DNA of 64,000 nt, taken from contig JASHQC010000056.1 of the NCBI GenBank assembly GCA_030037735.1, forward strand, positions 1,707 through 65,706. Reading direction: 5' to 3'. The notes under the pieces were generated by a model, which did not search any database, was not told where the DNA came from, and worked only from the letters and a program-made list of their open reading frames with translations. Shown one piece after another: positions 32,699-41,895 of the stretch. Source of the stretch: Thermoplasmata archaeon (GTDB lineage Archaea; Thermoplasmatota; Thermoplasmata; Lutacidiplasmatales; UBA184). Position 1 is the first letter of the stretch; each line of letters starts with the position of its first letter. The position numbers and the translations under genes were made by a program.

Positions 32699-33646
32699 AT
32701 GTCCCCCATTCCGACCGTCCGTACCGCTGGGGCCTTTGCTCCCGGTCACGTGACCGGAATATTCTCGCCGCTTCTCGACGCTCGAGATCCCCGAGCTCGA
32801 GGATCGGTGGGGGCCGGACTCGTCCTAGAGGCCGGCGTGCTGGCCTCCGCCGAATGGCGACCGTCGACTCGCACCAGGATCCGGCTCCATTCCGACGTCG
32901 CTCGCCCACTGCCGATCTCGGAGGATGTCGCTCGTCGGCTTCTGGCCCATCGGCCCGGAGAGCTCCGCGTCGAGCTCCGTCACGAACTTCCTATCGGTCA
33001 GGGATTCGGGATGAGCGCTGCAGGCGCGCTCGCTACCGCCCTCGCCGTCGCGTCTGCGACCGGGGCTTCCCGCCAGCACGCCCTCGAGGTGGCTCACCTC
33101 GCCGATCTCTACGGAGGAGGAGGACTAGGAGGCGTCTCGGCGATCCTGGAGGGAGGGCTGGAGATCCGGGATCAACCCGGCGTTCCCCTATGGGGGCGCG
33201 TACGGCACTTCCCCGCCTCAGGAGCCGTGTTTTTGATTGTTGCCGGGGCCGCCATGCCCAGTCCCGCGCTTCTCCACGACCCGCGATTCCTTCGACGGGT
33301 CGAGCAGGCCGCCCGCCCCGGTCTCACACGATTGAGGCATCGTCTATCCCTCTCGAGCTTCCTTCAGGAGGCCGAGCGGTTCACGGACACTCTGCGGTTA
33401 GGACCTTCACGGGTATTGCGACGCGCGCATGCGCTCCGCTCCCCGGACACGCGTGTTGCCCAGGCCATGTTCGGCCGCAGCCTGTTCGCCATGGCCCGAA
33501 CGGGTCCGGCTCGGTCCGCTCTAGTCCGTCAGTTGACCCGGCTCGGACTCCGGGCGGCGGAAGTCCCCATCTCCCACCGGGGTGCCAGGCTCCTGACCGG
33601 CCCGCCGCCTCGTCGCTTGGGCCTCGAGTCCCGCTCTCGGGACTGA
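32699..33646 (+). CDS. pantoate kinase (GHMP family, archaeal CoA pathway)
   Basis: AFAPGHVTGIFSP N-terminal motif, GSVGAGLVL, and the GHMP motif PIGQGFGMSAAGALATALA; start at ATG 32699 (the listed ORF has a spurious extension). Confidence 0.6.
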   Translation: MSPIPTVRTAGAFAPGHVTGIFSPLLDARDPRARGSVGAGLVLEAGVLASAEWRPSTRTRIRLHSDVARPLPISEDVARRLLAHRPGELRVELRHELPIGQGFGMSAAGALATALAVASATGASRQHALEVAHLADLYGGGGLGGVSAILEGGLEIRDQPGVPLWGRVRHFPASGAVFLIVAGAAMPSPALLHDPRFLRRVEQAARPGLTRLRHRLSLSSFLQEAERFTDTLRLGPSRVLRRAHALRSPDTRVAQAMFGRSLFAMARTGPARSALVRQLTRLGLRAAEVPISHRGARLLTGPPPRRLGLESRSRD

Positions 33647-33697
33647 GGGCGTCCGGGGACAAACGCTTTAGAACTCTCCTGGCTCCGCGCGGCCTCC

Positions 33698-34207
33698 ATG
33701 ACGCGCAAACCGGCCCGGATGTACCGGAAGATCGAGGGGCAGGTGTACACCCGGCAGGAGTACATGGGCGGCATCCCGAACTGCCGCGTGACCCAGTTCG
33801 ACACCGGTAACCTGAGGGATGAGTTTCCGGTACTGGTCAGCCTCCACGTGGATGAGGCAGCGCAGGTGCGCGACATCGCGCTCGAGGCGGCCCGAATCAG
33901 TGCCGTTCGCGTGATGGAGAAGCAGGCACCGAACGGTTACCATCTCAAAGTGCGACGCTTCCCGCATCAAATTCTGCGAGAGCACAAGATGGCCACCGGC
34001 GCCGGAGCCGACCGTATCTCGGATGGCATGCGCCGCGCGTTCGGCAAACCCGTCGGTCACGCCGTGCGCGCCCAGATCGGGGCCCAGCTCTTGACGGTCT
34101 ACACGTCCGAGGAGCACATCGAAGACGCGAAGGAAGCGCTCCGGAAGGCTTCCCACAAGCTGCCGTCGCCCTCGCGCGTGTCGGTCATCCGGCCGACGGC
34201 GGCATAG
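33698..34207 (+). CDS. rpl10e: 50S ribosomal protein L10e (uL16)
   Basis: 169 aa with typical L10e sequence. Confidence 0.85.
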   Translation: MTRKPARMYRKIEGQVYTRQEYMGGIPNCRVTQFDTGNLRDEFPVLVSLHVDEAAQVRDIALEAARISAVRVMEKQAPNGYHLKVRRFPHQILREHKMATGAGADRISDGMRRAFGKPVGHAVRAQIGAQLLTVYTSEEHIEDAKEALRKASHKLPSPSRVSVIRPTAA

Positions 34208-34682
34208 GCCCCATCGGAGGCTTGACCCCGGGGGCGAGCCCCCGGACGACCAGCACCGGGCATCCCACATGGTGGGTGACCGCATCCGAGATGCTTCCCA
34301 GCAGGAGGCGTTTCGCGGTCGACAACCCCCGGGAGCCGAGTACCAGCAGGTCCGTCGGGTGCGATTCAAGGTACGTCACGATCTCGTCCACGACGTGGCC
34401 CTCGAGGCACACACCAGTCACCTCGGGCAAGCCCTCGCTCTTGGCGCGGGCCACTCCCGAGTCGACGAGCCCTTGATAGAACCTGATCTCCCCTTCAGGC
34501 ATCTCGGTCGGGGCCCACGGTTCCGTCGATGAGAGGTACAGGGGCACCATCGGCGCGACGGCGAGGACATCCAGCGATGCCGAGTACCGCTTGGCGATAT
34601 CGATCGCGAAGCTCAGCGCGTGGTCGGCATACGGCGAACCGTCCAATGCGACCGTAACGCGTCGGATGTTGATCGGATCCAT
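34185..34682 (-). CDS. universal stress protein (UspA family)
   Basis: MDPINIRRVTVALDGS.. and the C-terminal G-x2-G-x9-GS motif (VLGSRG..GSISD). Confidence 0.75.
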   Translation of the reverse strand: MDPINIRRVTVALDGSPYADHALSFAIDIAKRYSASLDVLAVAPMVPLYLSSTEPWAPTEMPEGEIRFYQGLVDSGVARAKSEGLPEVTGVCLEGHVVDEIVTYLESHPTDLLVLGSRGLSTAKRLLLGSISDAVTHHVGCPVLVVRGLAPGVKPPMGPMPPSAG

Positions 34683-34765
34683 GGCGGCGCGGCGGGAAGC
34701 AGCTGCCAGTAGAAGGTGATTGCGCCGTCGTCGGCGGCAAATGCTTAATCTCCCCAAGGACCCTA

Positions 34766-35422
34766 TTGTTCGATCGCCGGGAAGCTGAGAACGTGGCTCC
34801 GAGATGTACGAATTGCGGGTCCTCCGACCTAGTTTGGGCGCCAGAGGTCAAGTCCGGAACCATTGGGTCAGGCCAGATCTCGCTCCGAAGTCGGGGCGAG
34901 TTGCCCCTCGGTGCGCGCGTCTGCCGCCAGTGCGGCCACGCGGAGCTGTTCCTCCATGACCTCTCGGTGGTCCGGAATCCCTCCGCCTGGCATCCCGGAG
35001 AGTTCACGGTCATCCAGGCTGCGGCGCATCACCACCACGAACATGACCTCCGGGCGGGCCCAGTCCCTGCGCCTCCTCCGGCCCCCGCGAGTCCGGCCCC
35101 GGCGCCGGCCGTGACACCCACTCCCTCTCCACCGGCTCCTCCGGCCACTCCCCCCATGGTCGCTCCGGCTCCCGCGGCTAAGCCCGCACCGATGGCCGCT
35201 CCTCCTCCGCCTCCCCCGCCCCCGCCGCCCCCCCCGCCGGTCAGCGCGCCCTCCCCACCTCCACCGGCCCCCGCCCCTCCACCGGCCCCCGCGGCAGCGG
35301 CTCCGATGCCGGCCGCACCGGAACCGATCGCCGTAGGCTCTGAGCGCCTACCGGCGACGGCCGACGCGACGAAGACGGCGGCGGCCCGGAAGAAGGTGCG
35401 GAAGAAGAGCTCCGGTTCGTAG
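34766..35422 (+). CDS. zinc-ribbon protein with His-rich segment, long Pro/Ala low-complexity region (run of 12 prolines) and a Lys-rich tail
   Basis: CTNCG..(~30)..CRQCG; HHHHEH; PAPPPAPASPAPAP..PPPPPPPPPPPP..; C-terminal KKVRKK. Confidence 0.45.
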   Translation: MFDRREAENVAPRCTNCGSSDLVWAPEVKSGTIGSGQISLRSRGELPLGARVCRQCGHAELFLHDLSVVRNPSAWHPGEFTVIQAAAHHHHEHDLRAGPVPAPPPAPASPAPAPAVTPTPSPPAPPATPPMVAPAPAAKPAPMAAPPPPPPPPPPPPPVSAPSPPPPAPAPPPAPAAAAPMPAAPEPIAVGSERLPATADATKTAAARKKVRKKSSGS

Positions 35423-35498
35423 GCCGGGCGGCTTCGGGCCGCAGGCCCGAGTTCCCTGGTTATCCTCGGGCCGCAGGGTACTCCCGTTCGGGCACGCT

Positions 35499-36710
35499 CT
35501 ATAGCACCGCAATCACGCCGCAGAGCACGATGGCGGAAAGGCTCCCCCAGTACGCCGCTTTCCAGAATCCGTGAGAAGCTTGCCTCCCCATCACGCGCTC
35601 ATCCGACGCTAAGGCCCCCACGAGAACCCCCGGACCGATCAGAATGAACACGAGCGCCACCATGAGCAGCAGCACCAGCGCGAGCGGGTGCGGATACAGG
35701 AACGGAATGATGACGGCGGGAACACTCTCCCCTGCGTAAATCCAGAACGCGCGACCCCGCGGGAGCCCGAGCGCCTCGACGACCCCCCACGCGCTCCCGA
35801 GGGAGATCACTACGAGCGCCAGAAATGCGGCCGCCACGAGCCCGGCGGCGAAGGCGTAGGGGAGGAGCCATCCGCCGACCGACGCGAGAGCCGCCGCCAC
35901 ACCGCTCGTGGTGAACAGGTCGGCGCTCGCCCGCATCCCGGCGCCTAGCATCACGAAGGCGACCATCAGAATCTCGCTCACCACGGCGCCGATGAGGGTC
36001 TCCCGGCGGACCCCGAGGACGGTCGACCCCACCTTCTCGGCCGTCGCCGAGGACTGGTAGAACAGCATGAACGGCATGACCACCGCGCCGGCGTTGGCCG
36101 CGAGCAGGAAGACGAACGACGGACTGGCCGAAAGAAATACCGGATTGTCGGGGAGAATCCCTCGCACCATCAGTGCCGAGCCGACGAGAACGATGAAAAC
36201 CGCCGACACACCGAGCAGTACCCGCTCGACCCAGACGTACTTACCGCGGGAGACCAGGCCGATGTGTACGATGAACGCGGCGGGAAGCGAGAGGTAGAGT
36301 GGCACACCGAAGATCCCCAAGGCCAGTCCGATCGCGGCGTACTCGGCGATGTAGCTGGCGATGTCGGCCGCCGCGACCGGCAGGGCGATCGCCAGGCTCG
36401 TCCGACGGGAGTGTCTCTCCCGAACCAGCTCTCCCAACCCCTTCCCGGTGACGGCGCCGATGCGCCCGGCGGCTTCCTGCACGAAGAAGAGGGGAACGAT
36501 CAGCAACAGCAGGAACCAGATGAGATCGTACCGGTAGGCCACGCCCGATTCGACCCCCGTGAGAATGCTCGCGGCATCGACGTCCGCGATCATGACGAGC
36601 CAGGCGGGTCCCCACGCATGGAACCAGCGTCGAGAAACTCGCGTGGCGTCGGCGGCCGCAGGAAGGTTGACCGGAGCCGGCATGGCGAGCGAAGAGTCGG
36701 CGACCGGCAC
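35499..36710 (-). CDS. Nramp-family divalent cation transporter, divergent (MntH/NRMT-like)
   Basis: 403 aa, 11-12 TM, clear Nramp-like TM1 and TM6 regions, but the canonical DPGN is replaced by D-V-D-A/AAS and A-M-P-H by V-M-P-F. Confidence 0.6.
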   Translation of the reverse strand: MPVADSSLAMPAPVNLPAAADATRVSRRWFHAWGPAWLVMIADVDAASILTGVESGVAYRYDLIWFLLLLIVPLFFVQEAAGRIGAVTGKGLGELVRERHSRRTSLAIALPVAAADIASYIAEYAAIGLALGIFGVPLYLSLPAAFIVHIGLVSRGKYVWVERVLLGVSAVFIVLVGSALMVRGILPDNPVFLSASPSFVFLLAANAGAVVMPFMLFYQSSATAEKVGSTVLGVRRETLIGAVVSEILMVAFVMLGAGMRASADLFTTSGVAAALASVGGWLLPYAFAAGLVAAAFLALVVISLGSAWGVVEALGLPRGRAFWIYAGESVPAVIIPFLYPHPLALVLLLMVALVFILIGPGVLVGALASDERVMGRQASHGFWKAAYWGSLSAIVLCGVIAVL

Positions 36711-36762
36711 GTTGGCACCCTCGGACGGTCGACCGGAAGGTTCGAATTTATCCGTACTGTAT

Positions 36763-36798
36763 GTGAACGCGCTACATTTTCACTTCACATTGTGAACG
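36763..36798. promoter_or_regulatory. cluster of GTGAA/TTCAC inverted repeats (tgtgaa-N11-ttcac; ttcaca-t-tgtgaa) in the AT-rich Nramp/malic-enzyme divergent intergenic region
   Basis: Read directly: tgtgaacgcgctacattttcacttcacattgtgaacg, 50-90 nt upstream of the Nramp-family gene start and next to a TATA-like ggataaattcgaa (minus). Confidence 0.45.
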
Positions 36799-36940
36799 GG
36801 GACAGGGAACGGCCTCGCCACTTGCCACCCGGTTCACCGGGCCCGGTGATGTCGATCGCGTCCCCGCACCATTCGCCCCGCCGCAACGGGACCGGTTCCC
36901 TCCCCCATCATCGAGGGTTCCCGAGCCTCGTGAAGCCGTC

Positions 36941-38734
36941 TTGACCGCACGTACATCCCCCATCACCCCGTCGCCATTTTCCATGGAAGCGATGTCTCAT
37001 CGACCGGTCCGCGCGACTACTATTCCCGGTTCCGATTCCCCGGCGCCCTTCCCCCGCTTGCGCGGAACGAACCTCCTCGACGCTCCCCTGCTCAACAAGG
37101 GGACCGCTTTCACCCACAACGAGCGCACGGCTCTCGGTCTGCACGGCCTTCTGCCTCCGCAGGTGGAGTCGCTTGAGCAGCAGGTCGTCCGGGCCTACGA
37201 GGCGTTCCGCCGGAAGACCGACGACCTCGAGCGCCACATCTACCTGCGGGCGCTCCAGGACACGAACGAGGTGCTGTTCTACCGACTGCTGCTCGACCAC
37301 ATGGAGGAGATGATGCCGGTGGTCTACACCCCGGTCGTCGCCCTCGGATGCCAAGAATTCTCTCACATCTACCGACGGCCCCGCGGGCTCTTCGTGCCCT
37401 ACCCGCTACGCGACTCGATCCCGACGCTTCTTCGCCACCGGCCGAACCCCGACGTCGACATCATCGTGGTCACCGACGGGGAGCGGATTCTGGGAATCGG
37501 CGACCAAGGAGTCGGGGGACTCGGCATCCCGATCGGGAAGCTGTCGCTCTACACGCTCATCGGCGGGATTCGACCCGAACGGACGCTCCCGATCGTGTTG
37601 GACGTCGGCACGAACAACCCGGACCGGTTGCAGGACCCGGAGTATCTGGGCTGGCGCCACTCGCGCATTACCGGCGCCGAGTATGACGAGTTCATTGACC
37701 ACTTCGTTCGAGCGGTCCGGCACGCGTTGCCGGGCACCGTGTTGCAGTGGGAGGACTTCGGCGCTGAACACGCCCGCCCCATCCTCGAAAGGTACCGGGA
37801 ACGGGTCTTGACGTTCAATGACGACATCCAAGGAACGGGGGCGGTGACACTCGGAGCGATTCTATCGGCGTTGTACGTCACCGGCCAACCGCTCCGGGAA
37901 CAGCGGATCGTGATCTTCGGTGCCGGGTCGGCTGGCCTGGGCGTTGCCGATACGGTCCGGACAGCTATGGTCCAGGACGGGCTCAAGGAACCCGACGCGC
38001 GCCGCCGGTTCTGGCTCATCAACCGGGGTGGGCTGCTGCACTCCAACCGGTCAGACCTCAAGGAGGAGCAACGCCCCTACGCGAGAGCCTGGGAGGAGGT
38101 CGTCCCCTGGGAACGGGCCGACCCGCACCGGGTGAGCCTCAGCGAAACGATTCGCGCGGTCCAACCTACGATTCTCATCGGCCTTTCGACTCTCGCTGGG
38201 GCGTTCGACGAGCCGCTGGTTCGGGAGATGGCCTCCGCGGTCGAGCGACCAGTGATCTTCCCGCTCTCGAACCCCACTGTGAAGTGCGAAGCGGTCCCCG
38301 CTGACCTACTGAAGTGGACAAACGGAAAGGCGGTCATCGCGACCGGGTCGCCGTTCGCCCCGGTCGAGTTCGGAGGACGTTCGGTCCCCATCGCCCAGTG
38401 CAACAATGTGTACATCTTTCCCGCGCTCGGGCTCGGGGCGGTGGCGAGCGGTGCTCGCCGCATCACAGACGGAATGATCCTCACGGCCGCCCGCGCGTTG
38501 GCCGAGCATTCCCCCGCGCGCCATAACCCGGAAGCGCCCCTGCTTCCGCCGATCCCCGCGCTGCGCGCACTGGCGGTGGAGATCGCCCTCGCTGTCGGTC
38601 TCGAGGCACGGCGGACCGGCCACGCCGCTTTCGTGACAGAAGAGGAGATACGGGCGCGCATCGCGGCTACACAATGGACGCCAGCGTACCCCAACTACGA
38701 GGACCTCGTCGGTCCGCCGGAAGGCCAGTCGTAA
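36941..38734 (+). CDS. NAD(P)-dependent malic enzyme
   Basis: N-terminal LNKGTAFT..ER..LGL.GLLPP motif, a malic-enzyme metal/substrate site and a Rossmann GAGSAG. Confidence 0.85.
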   Translation: MTARTSPITPSPFSMEAMSHRPVRATTIPGSDSPAPFPRLRGTNLLDAPLLNKGTAFTHNERTALGLHGLLPPQVESLEQQVVRAYEAFRRKTDDLERHIYLRALQDTNEVLFYRLLLDHMEEMMPVVYTPVVALGCQEFSHIYRRPRGLFVPYPLRDSIPTLLRHRPNPDVDIIVVTDGERILGIGDQGVGGLGIPIGKLSLYTLIGGIRPERTLPIVLDVGTNNPDRLQDPEYLGWRHSRITGAEYDEFIDHFVRAVRHALPGTVLQWEDFGAEHARPILERYRERVLTFNDDIQGTGAVTLGAILSALYVTGQPLREQRIVIFGAGSAGLGVADTVRTAMVQDGLKEPDARRRFWLINRGGLLHSNRSDLKEEQRPYARAWEEVVPWERADPHRVSLSETIRAVQPTILIGLSTLAGAFDEPLVREMASAVERPVIFPLSNPTVKCEAVPADLLKWTNGKAVIATGSPFAPVEFGGRSVPIAQCNNVYIFPALGLGAVASGARRITDGMILTAARALAEHSPARHNPEAPLLPPIPALRALAVEIALAVGLEARRTGHAAFVTEEEIRARIAATQWTPAYPNYEDLVGPPEGQS

Positions 38735-38889
38735 ACGTGCACGTGCCATTTGGGAGCGAGCTGAACGGGCTCCGCACCCGTCGGAGCCGGACGGACCTTC
38801 CTTCCCCCACCGTTCCAGTCGGCTCACGCGGTTCGTTTCAAGAGCTCTCGACCGCCCAGCCCAGGGGAGCAACACCAAGGGCGGTCGGA

Positions 38890-38993
38890 TAGCGGGGCAT
38901 GGATTTGAACCATGGATCTACGGGTTATGAGCCCGTCGGGATTTCAGGACGGCCGGCGTTCGTCGGCCGTTTTCCTGACTACCCTACCCCGCT
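38890..38993 (-). tRNA. initiator tRNA-Met (anticodon CAT) containing an approximately 28-30-nt intron at a non-canonical position in the D-loop
   Basis: On the minus strand: acceptor AGCGGGG/CCCCGCT 7/7, A1:U72; anticodon stem ACGGG/CCCGT with three G:C pairs; loop CTCATAA; 5-nt variable region; T-arm CATGG-TTCAAAT-CCATG; discriminator A. The D-arm GGGT..TCCC is interrupted by extra sequence containing a 7-bp hairpin (ACGGCCG..CGGCCGT). Confidence 0.75.
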
Positions 38994-39013
38994 GCGGGGC
39001 GAGCGAGGAGGCC

Positions 39014-39028
39014 GACATATTTAGTTCC
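39014..39028 (-). promoter_or_regulatory. TATA box (aactaaatatgt on minus strand) about 25-30 nt upstream of the tRNA-iMet 5' end
   Basis: The only AT-rich patch in the flanking GC-rich DNA, at the canonical archaeal -26/-27 spacing. Confidence 0.5.
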
Positions 39029-39070
39029 TCCCCGGACCGGGGCACTCGGCAGGCGTAGACTCGTCGGCGG

Positions 39071-39808
39071 TCACGATAACGCGTGGAGTCCGGATAGCGC
39101 TTCGTTCGCGGACTCGACCGAACGACGTGAATACTCTTCGAGGGCGGAGCGTTGCGCGCTGTCGAGCTGAAGGGCGGGCCAGTCCCAATGCAGCGCGACC
39201 GTCGTCCCGACGCCGGCCTCGGGGACCACGCGGGAATCGTACGAGACTTCAACCCATTTCGGCGGTCCGGCTAGGAGCTGTCCGTTTCGCACCGCCCAGG
39301 TGGATCGCTCAACGGTCAGTTTCGCTCCGTCACGCGCGCGAACCGTTCCCCACGCCGGGCGACAAGCCTCCATGTTCCGAAGGGTCGTCTCCACGTGACC
39401 CGTGACGTTGCCGACGCCAACGAAGCTCACGTGGAATGCGTGGTGGAAGAGAGGCCGCGCCGGAAGATGCTCCTCGAGCCGTCGGGCAAGGGACCGGGGA
39501 AGCCCGCGCTGTGCCAGGGCTTCCAGCAGGAGGTGGAAATCGGCGGCGTTCATCGAATCCAGTAGAGAATTTCCTATCCAGTAAGCTTCCACGACCTGGC
39601 GGTCAAACGGGTCGAGCCCGTGCTTGCGACCGATTGCCTCAAGGTAGGGCATGAGCGCCTCGAACCGGCTGAGGTGCTGGCGAGCCTCCGCGCGCCCCTC
39701 TCCCGCCGTGATTGCACGATAGAGGGCCGGCTCAGCGTCCGAGGGTCCGCAGAACTGGAGCCGGTTCGTTGCGATGCTGAAGCGGGCGCAAAGCGCGACG
39801 CCGTCCAT
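39071..39808 (-). CDS. hypothetical protein
   Basis: 245-aa ORF with non-repetitive composition and no overlap; function unknown. Confidence 0.4.
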   Translation of the reverse strand: MDGVALCARFSIATNRLQFCGPSDAEPALYRAITAGEGRAEARQHLSRFEALMPYLEAIGRKHGLDPFDRQVVEAYWIGNSLLDSMNAADFHLLLEALAQRGLPRSLARRLEEHLPARPLFHHAFHVSFVGVGNVTGHVETTLRNMEACRPAWGTVRARDGAKLTVERSTWAVRNGQLLAGPPKWVEVSYDSRVVPEAGVGTTVALHWDWPALQLDSAQRSALEEYSRRSVESANEALSGLHALS

Positions 39809-39809
39809 C

Positions 39810-40775
39810 TTATGCGGGCGTCCTCAGGCCCGTCCGCACCCGGCGGGCCACGACCGTCCACGTCTGTCGGAGCAGGGTGAAGCCCACCACGACGACGACC
39901 CCGCCGACAACGGCCGCCGCACCGGCGGCCTGCGTGAGCGTGAACGAACGGCCGGCCACGAGAACCGACAGCACCCAGGTGACCGGGAAGCCCAGCACGA
40001 GCACCGAGGTAGCGACGCCGAGGTCGACCCGTTTCAGTCCCGCGTACCATGTGCCGACAAAGGCGGCGAGCAGTACTGCGCTGATCAGCACCCAGGTCCA
40101 CTGCCCTCCGGTCAGTGCGCCGACAGCGCCGAACTGCATCGTGAGAGCAAGGTACCCGACCAGAAAGCCCGCGCCGATCCCCATCCTACCCAAGGCGACG
40201 ATCCCTGACGGAAGGTCCCGCAACGCGCGCTTGGAGACCGTGTACTCGACTGCCCACAACACCGTCGCGGCCAGGACGTAGTATGTCCCATCGGTCCATA
40301 TCGGGGTGGTCAGGGAGAGAAGGAGGTAGTTCCCTCCCAGGAGAAGACCGGCGGCCACGGCCACCCGGGGATGGAAATGCTCCTTCAGGTACACCACGCC
40401 GAACACGGTGGCCATCAGGAAGAGGGTTCGGTACAGGAAAGAGGCGGTGAGCCCCCCGCCCGCCGCCGTCGCCAGCGCGAGTCCGTGGAAGAACAGCAGG
40501 AAGGGAACGGCGCCTCCGATGAAGCCGATCACCACCAGACGGACCCAATCGACACGACGGAGCGGCTGGGTGAGCGTGCGACGGGCCAACAGCCCGAGCG
40601 GGAGAATCAATCCCGCTACCGCGAGGTTCCGCACGGTGACGAAGGCGTCGGAGCTCGTCCCGTGAACGGCGTAGGCGTTGACGAAGGTGGAGAGGCCACT
40701 GATGACGGCCGTCATCAATACCAGGAGCAACCCCACGGCCCGATACGGGGAGGCGGCGGTCCCGTCAGTCGCCAT
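39810..40775 (-). CDS. EamA/DMT-family transporter
   Basis: 321 aa with about 10 TM and two EamA-like halves. Confidence 0.65.
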   Translation of the reverse strand: MATDGTAASPYRAVGLLLVLMTAVISGLSTFVNAYAVHGTSSDAFVTVRNLAVAGLILPLGLLARRTLTQPLRRVDWVRLVVIGFIGGAVPFLLFFHGLALATAAGGGLTASFLYRTLFLMATVFGVVYLKEHFHPRVAVAAGLLLGGNYLLLSLTTPIWTDGTYYVLAATVLWAVEYTVSKRALRDLPSGIVALGRMGIGAGFLVGYLALTMQFGAVGALTGGQWTWVLISAVLLAAFVGTWYAGLKRVDLGVATSVLVLGFPVTWVLSVLVAGRSFTLTQAAGAAAVVGGVVVVVGFTLLRQTWTVVARRVRTGLRTPA

Positions 40776-40776
40776 G

Positions 40777-41061
40777 TCAGGTACCCTCGCCCGCCATCGG
40801 AGAGCCTAACATGGTCGCGGTCCGACGGGCTCCATCGATGGTCGTCTCGCGCGCCAGAGTCAGCGCCTCGAGGGCCTCCGCCTTGTCGACCCGCCGGATG
40901 GCAAATCCGGATTGGACAATCACGTAGTCGTCCACGGCCACTTCGGGCACGTAGAGCAGGCTCACCGTCTTGAGTTGGCCTTCGAAGTCCACCTGGGCGA
41001 TCGGTGCGACCGGATCGCTTGCATCGACCGACACGATGCGGCCGGGAATCGCTAGGCACAT
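40777..41061 (-). CDS. hypC: hydrogenase maturation factor HypC/HupF
   Basis: Begins MCLAIPGRIV.. (the invariant MC(L/I)(A/G)IP). Confidence 0.85.
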   Translation of the reverse strand: MCLAIPGRIVSVDASDPVAPIAQVDFEGQLKTVSLLYVPEVAVDDYVIVQSGFAIRRVDKAEALEALTLARETTIDGARRTATMLGSPMAGEGT

Positions 41062-41091
41062 CGTCGAGCCTCTCCTCGCGGGTCCCCCGCT

Positions 41092-41376
41092 TTAGCGTTC
41101 ATTCGTACTTCCGCTCTCCTCCACGTCGAGGCTCACCAGAACCAGCCCCTGGGCTCGAGGGTCCTCGAAGTCCCGCGATGTGGTCAGGTCGAGGGCGGCG
41201 GATTCGGCGGGCGTGCCGTCCACGATCCGGGGCCACTCCCGACGCAGCTGCTCCTCTGAAACATGGGACAACGCGCCGAGCCAGAGGCGAACACGGACCA
41301 CTCGAGGGGCTGCCTCTCGGGCCGTCACCTCGACGAGCTTGCGCCGGAGGTCCTGCAGCATCGCTTCTTCGTGCAT
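41092..41376 (-). CDS. hypA: HypA-like hydrogenase nickel-insertion protein lacking the C-terminal zinc-finger
   Basis: N-terminal MHEEAMLQDL..VRVRLWLGALSHV resembles the HypA Ni-binding N-domain (MHE..), but there are no cysteines and only 94 aa; hypC starts 30 nt downstream. Confidence 0.45.
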   Translation of the reverse strand: MHEEAMLQDLRRKLVEVTAREAAPRVVRVRLWLGALSHVSEEQLRREWPRIVDGTPAESAALDLTTSRDFEDPRAQGLVLVSLDVEESGSTNER

Positions 41377-41379
41377 CGC

Positions 41380-41895
41380 CTACCGCCGCTCGCGCGAGGT
41401 CGTAGCAGGGGTGGGCCGCCCGAGTTCCTCCGCCAGCGCCTGCGTAACTTCCCGGACGCCTCCGCGTACCTCCGGAGAGAGGTCCGCCCCCGGGTCGAAC
41501 TGGACCGCTTCGATCCCGAACACCACCAGCTGGCCCGGCATTCTTCCGAGGGTTTGACCCAGGGCGACCGCCGAGGCGATCGAGAGCCCATGGGTCGACG
41601 TGCCGGCCAGCGATGACGGAAGAGGTTGGTCGCGCACCAAGACTCGACACCAGGTTCCGGGCGCGCCACCGGATCGTACCGCATCGACGAGGTAGACGCG
41701 GGCCTGTCCTTCCCAGAGATCGAGGAGTTCGGTCGCGCTGCCGGAACAGTCAACGACCCGGGCACGATCGCCGACCAGCGGCCGGAGCTCGCGCGTCACC
41801 TGGAGCCCGGCGGCATCGTCGCCGCGGACCTCGTTCCCGACTCCGATCACCAGGGGGGTGCCGGACCCGCTGCGTTCCGATGGGACCTCGGTCAT
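41380..41895 (-). CDS. hydrogenase maturation endopeptidase (HycI/HoxW/HybD family)
   Basis: [19 protein letters not shown] signature; start ATG at 41893-41895 overlaps the hydA stop (ATGA). Confidence 0.8.
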   Translation of the reverse strand: MTEVPSERSGSGTPLVIGVGNEVRGDDAAGLQVTRELRPLVGDRARVVDCSGSATELLDLWEGQARVYLVDAVRSGGAPGTWCRVLVRDQPLPSSLAGTSTHGLSIASAVALGQTLGRMPGQLVVFGIEAVQFDPGADLSPEVRGGVREVTQALAEELGRPTPATTSRERR

